From the NCBI RefSeq assembly GCF_001677475.2, contig NZ_CP015229.1: a DNA stretch of 64,000 nucleotides; one strand, 5' to 3'. Origin of the DNA: Escherichia coli (GTDB taxonomy: Bacteria; Pseudomonadota; Gammaproteobacteria; Enterobacterales; Enterobacteriaceae). Positions 18,966-30,418 of the stretch are shown piece by piece (position 1 is the first letter of the stretch; each line of letters starts with the position of its first letter). The translations under genes and the position numbers were made by a program. Below the pieces are notes generated by a model. It was given only the letters and a program-made list of their open reading frames with translations, made no database searches and was not told the origin of the DNA.

Positions 18966-19786
18966 TGGTTATCCCCGCTAACGCGGGGAACTCACTGAAA
19001 ACACCGGCGAGATCGTATTTTTTGCCGGTTTATCCCCGCTCGCGCGGGGAACTCTACCGGAAGGCAGGCACATTAGATCAGGTGATCGGTTTATCCCCGC
19101 TCGCGCGGGGAACTCCAGTGAGCGGAAGAAGAATGACTAACAGAGAGCGGTTTATCCCCGCTCGCGCGGGGAACTCCCCAGCCACAACAGCCACGCGTCG
19201 CGCTGTTCCGGTTTATCCCCGCTCGCGCGGGGAACTCGGAAACCGCCCCGGCGGTGGTTGGCTGTTTGCCGGTTTATCCCCGCTCGCGCGGGGAACTCTT
19301 TGCGCCGGAAATAGGAATCGTATTCGGTCTCGGTTTATCCCCGCTCGCGCGGGGAACTCTTATGCATCTCATCAAGCTTGTCGCCAAACGACGGTTTATC
19401 CCCGCTCGCGCGGGGAACTCTTAAATCGCGCTGGAAAAAAATGGTTTTTGCGCGGTTTATCCCCGCTCGCGCGGGGAACTCACACCCCGTTGCAATAAAT
19501 GGTCTGGGGGCTGCGGTTTATCCCCGCTCGCGCGGGGAACTCCAAACGCTTCTTCGTAGGCAGCACTGTAGGCCCGGTTTATCCCCGCTCGCGCGGGGAA
19601 CTCGGTGAAAAGATGAGTGCATACTGGTTTGTTTTCGGTTTATCCCCGCTCGCGCGGGGAACTCTCTTTTCCCGCTAATCACGACCAGATCCTGTCCGGT
19701 TTATCCCCGCTCGCGCGGGGAACTCGTAAAACCTCCTCGCGCCCACAATCGCAGCGGCGGTTTATCCCCGCTCGCGCGGGGAACTC
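18966..19786 (-). CRISPR. CRISPR array, 14 repeats (29 nt) and 13 spacers (32 nt each); orphan array between ygcE and queE
   Basis: Thirteen identical repeats CGGTTTATCCCCGCTCGCGCGGGGAACTC (plus-strand reading) at 19026, 19087, 19148, 19209, 19270, 19331, 19392, 19453, 19514, 19575, 19636, 19697 and 19758, plus one degenerate terminal repeat TGGTTATCCCCGCTAACGCGGGGAACTC at 18966-18993. AT-rich leader lies at the high-coordinate end, so the array is read on the minus strand. Confidence 0.97.
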
Positions 19787-19990
19787 TCTAAACATAACCT
19801 ATTATTAATTAATGATTTTTTAAGCCAGTCACAATCTACCAACTTTACAGGATCACACAAACAACACATCTATTATGTTAAAGAGCACTTAATCCATTGA
19901 TTGAAAAGGTAAATATTTAAAATAACTCTATACAAACTAAAATCTACCAAACTCCGACGTAATAATTTTCACCCCAGAGAAAAATTAACG
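19787..19990 (-). promoter_or_regulatory. CRISPR leader (AT-rich) containing the presumed array promoter
   Basis: About 200 bp of AT-rich sequence abutting the first perfect repeat, opposite the degenerate repeat; position and composition typical of a type I-E leader. Confidence 0.55.
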
Positions 19991-20125
19991 CCACAGAATT
20001 TGTAGAGAATGACAATGATTAGTCCGGAATGGGCAAAATGGATGAGTTTTCAGAGGCGACAAAAAATATAAATGAGTGGAAGTCTTTACAGGTTCCACCC
20101 ATTTATAACGTATATAAATGTGTAA

Positions 20126-20797
20126 TCAGGCAATATTTAAATATTTATGTGTTTGCATCGACAAACGCCAGTTACGCGCAATGCAAGTTTCAATGCACAA
20201 ACGTGTGGCATCATCCTTTTGGCTAATCGGCTGCAGTGCAATGACTCGCGGTTTATCATCGGTCAGCGTCGCAAGCAATTCATCCAGTGCTTCGATATCA
20301 CGTACGCGTCCAACTGGGTGTTTGATTTCGTTAGCTCGCTCCAGGGCTTGCGACAATACTTCATAACCACCACGCATATTTAGCTTTGGCGACACGGTGA
20401 CCCAGGTATTCGGCGTACAACGCACTTCATGAGTACCGCTGGTTTCTATCTGGCAACTGAAACCGTTCTTTTCGAGCAGGTCAGTTAGTGGCATCAAGTC
20501 ATGAATACAAGGTTCACCACCCGTAATCACCACGTGACGCGCGGTGTATCCCTGACGACCGATGACTGCGAGTAAGTCTTCACTGCTTGCTGCTCCCCAC
20601 TTATCACTCTCTTTCGTTTTACCTAGAATGCTGAAAAGGGAAACTTCCCGATCCTCAAGCTTTTCCCATGTGTGTTTGGTGTCGCACCAGGCACAGCCGA
20701 CCGGGCATCCCTGTAAACGAATAAAAATAGCGGGGACGCCGGTAAAGTAACCCTCACCTTGCAGGGTCTGGAACATCTCGTTAATCGGGTACTGCAT
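20126..20797 (-). CDS. queE: 7-carboxy-7-deazaguanine synthase (radical SAM)
   Basis: 223-aa ORF MQYPINEMFQTLQGEGYFTGVPAIFIRLQGCPVGCAWCDTK (CxxxCxxC-type radical-SAM cluster motif). Confidence 0.93.
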   Translation of the reverse strand: MQYPINEMFQTLQGEGYFTGVPAIFIRLQGCPVGCAWCDTKHTWEKLEDREVSLFSILGKTKESDKWGAASSEDLLAVIGRQGYTARHVVITGGEPCIHDLMPLTDLLEKNGFSCQIETSGTHEVRCTPNTWVTVSPKLNMRGGYEVLSQALERANEIKHPVGRVRDIEALDELLATLTDDKPRVIALQPISQKDDATRLCIETCIARNWRLSMQTHKYLNIA

Positions 20798-20969
20798 AGC
20801 ATTCTCTGTGAAGTGGATAATTGTTAATTATTGCAGATCCTGCCACAACAATCATGTCTTATTAACATTCTGTTACAGGCAGGTTTAAAGAAAAATGAGA
20901 AACAGATCGTTAATAATAAAAGGGAGTAACGTATTATGTCAGAAATAAATAAAGTAAAGGGATTTAATC

Positions 20970-21077
20970 ATGTCAAAAACATTCACCAAAATTATACTTA
21001 TTTTTTCTGTGTTCGTTTTTAATTATAACGAATCTCAAATTACCGATGCCGCCGTCAATTTATTTATCCAGCTTTAA
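20970..21077 (+). CDS. hypothetical small protein (35 aa) with hydrophobic N-terminal segment; speculative
   Basis: ATG 20970 preceded by AAGGGA 8 nt upstream; encodes [35 protein letters not shown]; ends 13 nt before ygcG. An overlapping alternative 28-aa frame starts at 20936 ([28 protein letters not shown]). No homology evidence. Confidence 0.25.
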   Translation: MSKTFTKIILIFSVFVFNYNESQITDAAVNLFIQL

Positions 21078-21090
21078 TGGGAAATTTATA

Positions 21091-21945
21091 ATGCGCTATT
21101 TCATACTAATATTCACATTCGTGTGTTCCTTTGTTGCAGCCCAACCAACTATTGTCCCACAATTACAGCAACAAGTTACGGATCTTACGAGTAGCTTAAA
21201 CTCACAAGAAAAGAAAGAACTGACGCGGAAGTTAGAATCTATTTTCAATAATACCCAAGTGCAAATTGCTGTATTAATTGTTCCCACAACCAAAGACGAG
21301 ACAATTGAACAATATGCTACACGGGTTTTTGACAATTGGCGTTTAGGAGATGCCAAACGTAATGATGGGATACTGGTCATTGTTGCCTGGTCGGATCGTA
21401 CTGTCCGCATCCAGGTAGGTTATGGGCTGGAAGAAAAGGTAACCGATGCTCTGGCTGGAGATATCATCCGTAGCAACATGATACCCGCATTTAAACAACA
21501 AAAATTAGCTCAGGGATTAGAGCTAGCTATAAACGCTTTGAATAACCAACTCACTTCACAACACCAATATCCGGCTAATCCTTCAGAAAGTGAATCAGCG
21601 TCTTCCAGTGATCATTATTACTTTGCTATTTTTTGGGTATTTGCAGTGATGTTCTTCCCTTTCTGGTTTTTTCATCAAGGCAGTAGTTTTTGTCGCGCAT
21701 GTAAAAGTGGAGTCTGTATTTCAGCAATCTATCTTTTAGATTTATTCCTGTTCTCCGATAAAACTTTTTCCATTGCTGTATTTTCCTTCTTTTTTACTTT
21801 CACCATATTTATGGTCTTTACCTGTTTATGTGTACTTCAGAAAAAAGCATCTGGTAGAATTTATCATTCAGACAACAGCGGTTCCGGTGGCGGCTCAGAT
21901 AGCGGCGGATTTAGCGGCGGGGGCGGCGCATCTGGCCGCTGGTAA
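21091..21945 (+). CDS. ygcG: TPM-domain protein with signal peptide, C-terminal hydrophobic region and Gly/Ser-rich tail
   Basis: Frame from ATG 21091 ([20 protein letters not shown]..., signal-peptide-like); C-terminus ...[24 protein letters not shown]-track start 21046 lacks an RBS and would bury the signal peptide. Confidence 0.75.
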   Translation: MRYFILIFTFVCSFVAAQPTIVPQLQQQVTDLTSSLNSQEKKELTRKLESIFNNTQVQIAVLIVPTTKDETIEQYATRVFDNWRLGDAKRNDGILVIVAWSDRTVRIQVGYGLEEKVTDALAGDIIRSNMIPAFKQQKLAQGLELAINALNNQLTSQHQYPANPSESESASSSDHYYFAIFWVFAVMFFPFWFFHQGSSFCRACKSGVCISAIYLLDLFLFSDKTFSIAVFSFFFTFTIFMVFTCLCVLQKKASGRIYHSDNSGSGGGSDSGGFSGGGGASGRW

Positions 21946-21952
21946 CTCAACC

Positions 21953-21985
21953 ATAAAAAATGCCAGCCCGGAGGCTGGCATTTTT
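21953..21985. terminator. Bidirectional intrinsic terminator between ygcG (+) and eno (-)
   Basis: Hairpin TGCCAGCC-CGGA-GGCTGGCA (21961-21980) flanked by an A-run (21955-21960) and a T-run (21981-21985). Confidence 0.7.
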
Positions 21986-22004
21986 AAATCAGATAAAGTC
22001 AGTC

Positions 22005-23318
<1,314 letters not shown>

Positions 23319-23390
23319 TCACTAGTTAAACTGAAACTCCAGACAAACAACGCGTACCCAGGGTACGCGTTGCCGTTCTAACTTTTTTAC

Positions 23391-25043
<1,653 letters not shown>

Positions 25044-25255
25044 TTAGGTTGAAAAGACGATGGAATAACCAGGACGGGAAAGCAGTATACCCGAACATGA
25101 CCTGTGCCACAAACTTTCATTATCCCTCCTCTTCGCCAGCGCACTATTGAAATCAGGAGTGAGAAAATAGCCCCTTTGGGGTAAATGTTTTTGACGCAAA
25201 TCAAGCGCTTGTCATTTAAAAAATGACACAAATCGCGCTTGACCACGTAATTCCC

Positions 25256-26047
25256 TTAGAGATCAATTTCCTGCCGTTTTACCTGTTGCCAGACTTCTTC
25301 CATTGTTTCGAGGTCAACACCTGTCATTTCCAGTCCACGCGCGGCAACAATACGCTCCACTTCGCGAAAACGACGCTCGAATTTTTCGTTCGCTTTTTGC
25401 AATGCGATTTCCGCTTTTGTCCCTAAATGACGAGCCAGATTGACCGTGGCAAACAGCAGGTCGCCCATTTCCTCCTCCAGTTTAGCCTGGTCGATAACAG
25501 CCTGCCGTGCCTCGTACATCACCTCGTCGATCTCTTCGTAGACTTTATCGACTACCGGACCAAGCGTCGTCCAGTCAAAACCAACGTTGGCGCAACGTTT
25601 CTGGATTTTTTGCGCACGCATTAAAGCCGGTAAACTACGAGGAATATCGTCCAGCGCCGAATGCTGCGCTTTCTGCGCGCGCTCTTCGGTTTTGATTTGC
25701 TCCCAACGGGCAAGCACTTCACTACTGTTTTCGGCAGAACTGTAAGCAAAAACATGCGGATGGCGACGTTCTAACTTATCGCTGATCGCGGCGCAAATAT
25801 CATTAAAGTCAAAGCGCCCTTCTTCCTGGGCCATTTGTGCGTAAAACACCACCTGGAACAGCAGATCGCCCAGTTCACCGCGAAGATCGTCAAAATCTTC
25901 ACGGGCGATGGCGTCCAGCACCTCGTAGGTTTCTTCAAGGGTGTAAGGCGCAATGGTGGCAAATGTCTGCTCTTTATCCCACGGGCAGCCGTTTTCCGGA
26001 TCGCGCAGGCGCTGCATAATAGTGAGCAAACGGTCGATTTGATTCAT
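25256..26047 (-). CDS. mazG: nucleoside triphosphate pyrophosphohydrolase MazG
   Basis: 263-aa ORF MNQIDRLLTIMQRLRDPENGCPWDKEQTF... Confidence 0.95.
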   Translation of the reverse strand: MNQIDRLLTIMQRLRDPENGCPWDKEQTFATIAPYTLEETYEVLDAIAREDFDDLRGELGDLLFQVVFYAQMAQEEGRFDFNDICAAISDKLERRHPHVFAYSSAENSSEVLARWEQIKTEERAQKAQHSALDDIPRSLPALMRAQKIQKRCANVGFDWTTLGPVVDKVYEEIDEVMYEARQAVIDQAKLEEEMGDLLFATVNLARHLGTKAEIALQKANEKFERRFREVERIVAARGLEMTGVDLETMEEVWQQVKRQEIDL

Positions 26048-26117
26048 TGAATTGTCCTGAAAATTGCGGGTCTGTCAGGTGGAAACCTGTGACCAGAATA
26101 GAAGTGAGTAAGTAACA

Positions 26118-26453
26118 CTACCCAATCAGCACGTTAATTTTGGCTTTAATGAGCTGTAATTCCTCTGGGGCAACCGTTCCTTTTTTCGTTGCTCCTCTTG
26201 CCCGCCAGGCGATACTTTTTACCTGATCAGCTAACGCTACGCCATCACGTTTCTGACCGGATAAAACAACTTCGAACGGATATCCTTTTGATTGCGTTGT
26301 ACAAGGAACACACAAACACATACCTGTTTTGTTGTTGTACATGAACGGACTCAGGACAACAGCCGGACGATGTCCGGCTTGCTCGCTACCTTTTGTCGGG
26401 TCAAAATCAACCCAAATCAGATCGCCCGTATCGGGTACGTATCGGCTTACCAT
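26118..26453 (-). CDS. mazF: MazF endoribonuclease toxin (type II toxin-antitoxin)
   Basis: 111-aa [67 protein letters not shown]...; start overlaps the mazE stop by 1 nt. Confidence 0.96.
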   Translation of the reverse strand: MVSRYVPDTGDLIWVDFDPTKGSEQAGHRPAVVLSPFMYNNKTGMCLCVPCTTQSKGYPFEVVLSGQKRDGVALADQVKSIAWRARGATKKGTVAPEELQLIKAKINVLIG

Positions 26454-26701
26454 TACCAGACTTCCTTATCTTTCGGCTCCCCCCAGTCGATATTCTCGTG
26501 GAGGTTTTCCGGCGTGATGTCGTTGACCAGTTCAGCAAGCGTAAATACGGGCTCTTTACGCACTGGCTCAATAATTAATTTGCCATCCACCAGGTCAATC
26601 TTCACTTCATCATCAATATTCAGATTGAGCGCCTGCATTAACGTAGCCGGGATCCGCACTGCAGGAGAATTTCCCCAACGCTTTACGCTACTGTGGATCA
26701 T
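26453..26701 (-). CDS. mazE: MazE antitoxin
   Basis: 82-aa [50 protein letters not shown]... Confidence 0.96.
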
Positions 26702-26719
26702 AACCCTTTCCTCAAACCG

Positions 26720-26770
26720 CTATCATATGTAGATACAGTATATATCAATCTACATTGTAGATACGAGCTA
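26720..26770 (-). promoter_or_regulatory. mazEF promoter/operator region with alternating palindrome
   Basis: TGTAGATAC at 26728-26736 and 26755-26763 with inverted ATCTACAT between them, directly upstream of mazE; matches the known mazEF autoregulatory palindrome (from memory). Confidence 0.5.
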
Positions 26771-26778
26771 ATTTCGGT

Positions 26779-29013
26779 CTAACTCCCGTGCAACCGACGC
26801 GCGTCGATAACATCCGGCACCTGGTTGAGTTTACCCAGCACGCGGCCCAGCACTTGCAGGTTGTAAATCTCAATGGTCATGTCGATGGTCGCCAGTTGCT
26901 GTTTGGTGTCGCTACGGCTGGCAACGCCAAGTACGTTCACCTTCTCGTTGGCGAGAATGGTCGTGATATCACGTAACAACCCACTACGATCATTAGCCAC
27001 CACGCGGACCACCAGCGAATACCCGGCGGAGTAGCTCTCGCCCCATACCGCATCAACAATGCGTTCCGGCGCATGGGAGCGCAGTTCCGCCAGTTGTTCG
27101 CAATCGGCGCGGTGTACTGAAATACCGCGTCCCTGGGTAATGAAGCCGACAATCTCATCTCCAGGAATCGGCTGGCAGCAGCGCGCGATGTGGTGCATCA
27201 GGTTACCGACACCTTCAACCACCACACGACCGTTATCTTTACTGCGGTTTTGCGGTGTGTAGCTTTTTTGCTGAAGCTGTTTCAGCGCGGCGGCGTCCTG
27301 CTCTTCGGCACTCGGCTTATTAAATTGCGATTGCAGGAAGTTCACCATCTGATTGAGACGGATATCCCCGCCACCAATCGCCGCCAGCAACTCGTCGACA
27401 TCATTGAAGTTGTAACGCGGCAGCAGATGTTTTTCTGCTTCTTTCAGGCTGATCCCCAGATGTTCCAGCTCGTCGTCAAGGATTTGCCGCCCAGCCAGAA
27501 TGTTTTTGTCACGGTCCTGTTTACGGAACCAGGCGTGAATTTTCGAACGCCCACGGCTGGTTGTGACGTAACCGAGGTTTGGGTTTAACCAGTCACGGCT
27601 GGGGTTCGGCTGTTTCTGGGTGATAATTTCAATCTGGTCGCCCATCTGCAGCTGGTAGGTGAACGGCACAATGCGCCCGCCAATTTTTGCCCCAATGCAG
27701 CGGTGTCCGACATCACTGTGGATGTGGTAAGCGAAGTCCAGCGGCGTTGATCCCGCAGGCAAATCAACGACGTCACCTTTCGGCGTAAAGACGTACACCC
27801 GGTCGTCAAAGACCTGGCTGCGTACTTCGTCGAGCATTTCGCCGGAATCAGCCATCTCTTCCTGCCACGCAATCAGTTTACGCAGCCAGGCAATTCGGTC
27901 TTCATGTCCCGAACGTGCGCCGCCAGCTGCCGCGCCTTCTTTATATTTCCAGTGCGCAGCAACACCCAACTCTGCATCTTCATGCATCTGTTTGGTGCGG
28001 ATTTGGATCTCTACGGTTTTGCCACCCGGCCCCAGAACCACGGTATGAATAGACTGATAACCGTTTGGTTTCGGGTTAGCGACGTAATCGTCAAACTCAT
28101 CCGGCAGGTGGCGATAGTGAGTGTGCACTATCCCCAGTGCGGCATAACAATCCTGTAAACGCTCGGCGACAATACGTACCGCACGCACATCAAACAGCTC
28201 ATCGAAGGCGAGGTTCTTTTTCTGCATTTTGCGCCAGATGCTGTAGATGTGTTTCGGTCGACCATACACTTCAGCTTTAACGCCTTCAGCTTTCATCTCA
28301 GCGCGCAGATGGCCGACAAACTCTTCGATATAGTGTTCGCGGTCGAGACGGCGTTCATGCAACAGTTTTGCGATGCGTTTGTATTCGGTCGGGTGGAGAT
28401 AACGGAAGCAGTAATCTTCCAGCTCCCATTTCAGTTGCCCAATCCCAAGACGGTTTGCCAACGGCGCGTAGATATTGGTGCACTCTTTTGCCGCCAGTAC
28501 GCGTTCATCTTCCGGCGCATCTTTTACTTCACGCAGATGAGCAATACGCTCCGCCAGTTTGATGACCACGCAGCGAAAATCATCGACCATCGCCAATAAC
28601 ATCCGGCGAACGTTATCGACCTGTTCGGAGGAAACAGAATCAGTGTGCGTCGCTTTCAGCTGGCGGATCGCCGCCATATCACGCACGCCGTGAATAAGGT
28701 TAACGACAGACTTACCGACGCTCTCACGCAGCACATCTTCGCTGACTACGTTGGCATCGGCCAGAGGGAACAGCAGCGCCGCCCGCAGCGTGTCAATGTC
28801 CATACTTAATGTCGAGAGGATCTCCACCATCTCAACACCACGCCACAATAACAGACTGGCATCCGGATGCCCCTGCGTCTGTTGCAGACAATACGCCCAG
28901 GTTTCGGCTAAGCACTCACACGACTTCTGGCTGGTAATACCCAGACTTGCGATCCATTTTTCCGGATCAAATTCACCAGCCTTATTGATATGTGCACTTC
29001 TTACCGCAACCAT
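26779..29013 (-). CDS. relA: GTP pyrophosphokinase ((p)ppGpp synthetase I)
   Basis: 744-aa ORF MVAVRSAHINKAGEFDPEKWIASLGITSQ... Confidence 0.97.
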   Translation of the reverse strand: MVAVRSAHINKAGEFDPEKWIASLGITSQKSCECLAETWAYCLQQTQGHPDASLLLWRGVEMVEILSTLSMDIDTLRAALLFPLADANVVSEDVLRESVGKSVVNLIHGVRDMAAIRQLKATHTDSVSSEQVDNVRRMLLAMVDDFRCVVIKLAERIAHLREVKDAPEDERVLAAKECTNIYAPLANRLGIGQLKWELEDYCFRYLHPTEYKRIAKLLHERRLDREHYIEEFVGHLRAEMKAEGVKAEVYGRPKHIYSIWRKMQKKNLAFDELFDVRAVRIVAERLQDCYAALGIVHTHYRHLPDEFDDYVANPKPNGYQSIHTVVLGPGGKTVEIQIRTKQMHEDAELGVAAHWKYKEGAAAGGARSGHEDRIAWLRKLIAWQEEMADSGEMLDEVRSQVFDDRVYVFTPKGDVVDLPAGSTPLDFAYHIHSDVGHRCIGAKIGGRIVPFTYQLQMGDQIEIITQKQPNPSRDWLNPNLGYVTTSRGRSKIHAWFRKQDRDKNILAGRQILDDELEHLGISLKEAEKHLLPRYNFNDVDELLAAIGGGDIRLNQMVNFLQSQFNKPSAEEQDAAALKQLQQKSYTPQNRSKDNGRVVVEGVGNLMHHIARCCQPIPGDEIVGFITQGRGISVHRADCEQLAELRSHAPERIVDAVWGESYSAGYSLVVRVVANDRSGLLRDITTILANEKVNVLGVASRSDTKQQLATIDMTIEIYNLQVLGRVLGKLNQVPDVIDARRLHGS

Positions 29014-29060
29014 CGTCCTCTCCTTTAGGGACCAGACCTGCCGAAATCGGCAAATCGCAA

Positions 29061-30362
29061 CTATTTAACGCGCGAGAAAAGTACCATCGATTCCAGATGT
29101 CCCGTGTGTGGGAACATATCCAGCATCGCCAGTCGCGCAATGGTAAATCCTGCTTTTAATAACGCTTCGCTATCCCGAGCCAGCGTTGCAGGGTTACAGG
29201 ATACATAAACTATACGAATAGGTTCCAGTTTTATAATTTGCTGCATAACACCTGCGGCACCTGCTCGCGCCGGGTCCAGCAACACTTTATCGAAGCCGTT
29301 TTTCGCCCACGGCTGCTTTGTGACATCTTCTTCAAGATTTTCGTGATAAAACGTCACATTCTGTAAGCCATTAAGACGCGCATTCTGCTGGCCTTTTTCC
29401 ACCAGCGCCGGAACACCTTCTACACCGACCACACTGGCAGCTTGTGTCGCCAATGGCAGTGTAAAGTTGCCCATTCCGCAGAACAGATCCAGTACGCGAT
29501 CTTCAGGTTGCACATCCAGCCATTCCAACGCACGCGCTACCATTTTTTGGTTCACACCCGCATTGACCTGAATAAAATCGCGCGGGCTAAAAGTTAAGCG
29601 CAACCCATTTGAGTCATACCAAGGCATCTCACCAGAGACGGTTTCGAGTATCTCACTATCGGGGGCGAGATACAGATCCAGGCCTTCAGAATGCGAAAAG
29701 CGTTCCAGTTTTTCGCGATCTGCCGAACTTAGCGGTGCGGTATGGCGCAAAATCATCAGCGTGCCGCTGGTTGCCTGTACCAGTTCAACATGACCAAGAT
29801 GGCGCATAGCTTGTAAGCTGCCCAGGCATGCCCTGACTTTGGGCAGCAATGCTTCAAGTTGGGGCACTAAAATGGGGCATTGTTTAACGTCGACAATGTC
29901 ACTGGAGCCCGCTTTGCGAAACCCCATCTGAAGTTGCTGTGTTTTCGGTAAGTAGTTCAGACTTAAACGCGCGCGACGGCGATAGCCCCAGGGAACATCG
30001 GCGATCACTTCAGAGACTTCGTGTTTCATTAATCGGGCGAGTGCCGCACTTTTGCTTCGCTGCTGTAAATCCACACTGGCGTGTTGTTGCTGACAGCCGC
30101 CGCATACGCCAAAATGAGGACAGCGTGGCGTTTCGCGTTCCGGGCTATCGCTTAACCGGCGTACGACTTTAGCGCGGGCATACTGTTTTTTATCTTCAGT
30201 AACAGTAACTTCCGCGTTTTCCTGCGGCAATAATCCGGGGATAAATAGCGTTTTGCCGTTATGTCGCGCCACGCCCTGACCAAAAGAGTCGAGGTCGTTG
30301 ACTGAAACGGTTATGATCTGACGCGTCGTCGTGCGTCGTTTTGCAGAGTAGAATTGCGCCAT
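29061..30362 (-). CDS. rlmD: 23S rRNA (uracil1939-C5)-methyltransferase
   Basis: 433-aa [46 protein letters not shown]...; Cys cluster [11 protein letters not shown]. Confidence 0.95.
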   Translation of the reverse strand: MAQFYSAKRRTTTRQIITVSVNDLDSFGQGVARHNGKTLFIPGLLPQENAEVTVTEDKKQYARAKVVRRLSDSPERETPRCPHFGVCGGCQQQHASVDLQQRSKSAALARLMKHEVSEVIADVPWGYRRRARLSLNYLPKTQQLQMGFRKAGSSDIVDVKQCPILVPQLEALLPKVRACLGSLQAMRHLGHVELVQATSGTLMILRHTAPLSSADREKLERFSHSEGLDLYLAPDSEILETVSGEMPWYDSNGLRLTFSPRDFIQVNAGVNQKMVARALEWLDVQPEDRVLDLFCGMGNFTLPLATQAASVVGVEGVPALVEKGQQNARLNGLQNVTFYHENLEEDVTKQPWAKNGFDKVLLDPARAGAAGVMQQIIKLEPIRIVYVSCNPATLARDSEALLKAGFTIARLAMLDMFPHTGHLESMVLFSRVK

Positions 30363-30418
30363 TGGCGAGACTTTCTCAATTTAACAGTGTGACCTTAATT
30401 GTCCCATAACGGAACTCC

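Noticed and set aside
18965-19808. ORF-track entries 18965..19498, 19378..19608 and 19617..19808 (+), encoding repetitive PARAGNS / YPRSRGEL peptides
   Set aside because: They are translations of the CRISPR repeats in one frame; the periodic peptide repeats mirror the 61-nt repeat-spacer unit.
19787-20125. Second short CRISPR array or cas gene between the array leader and queE
   Set aside because: No further repeat copies or coding potential; ORF-track entries 20029..20226, 20118..20366 and 20147..20383 overlap queE antisense or the AT-rich leader.
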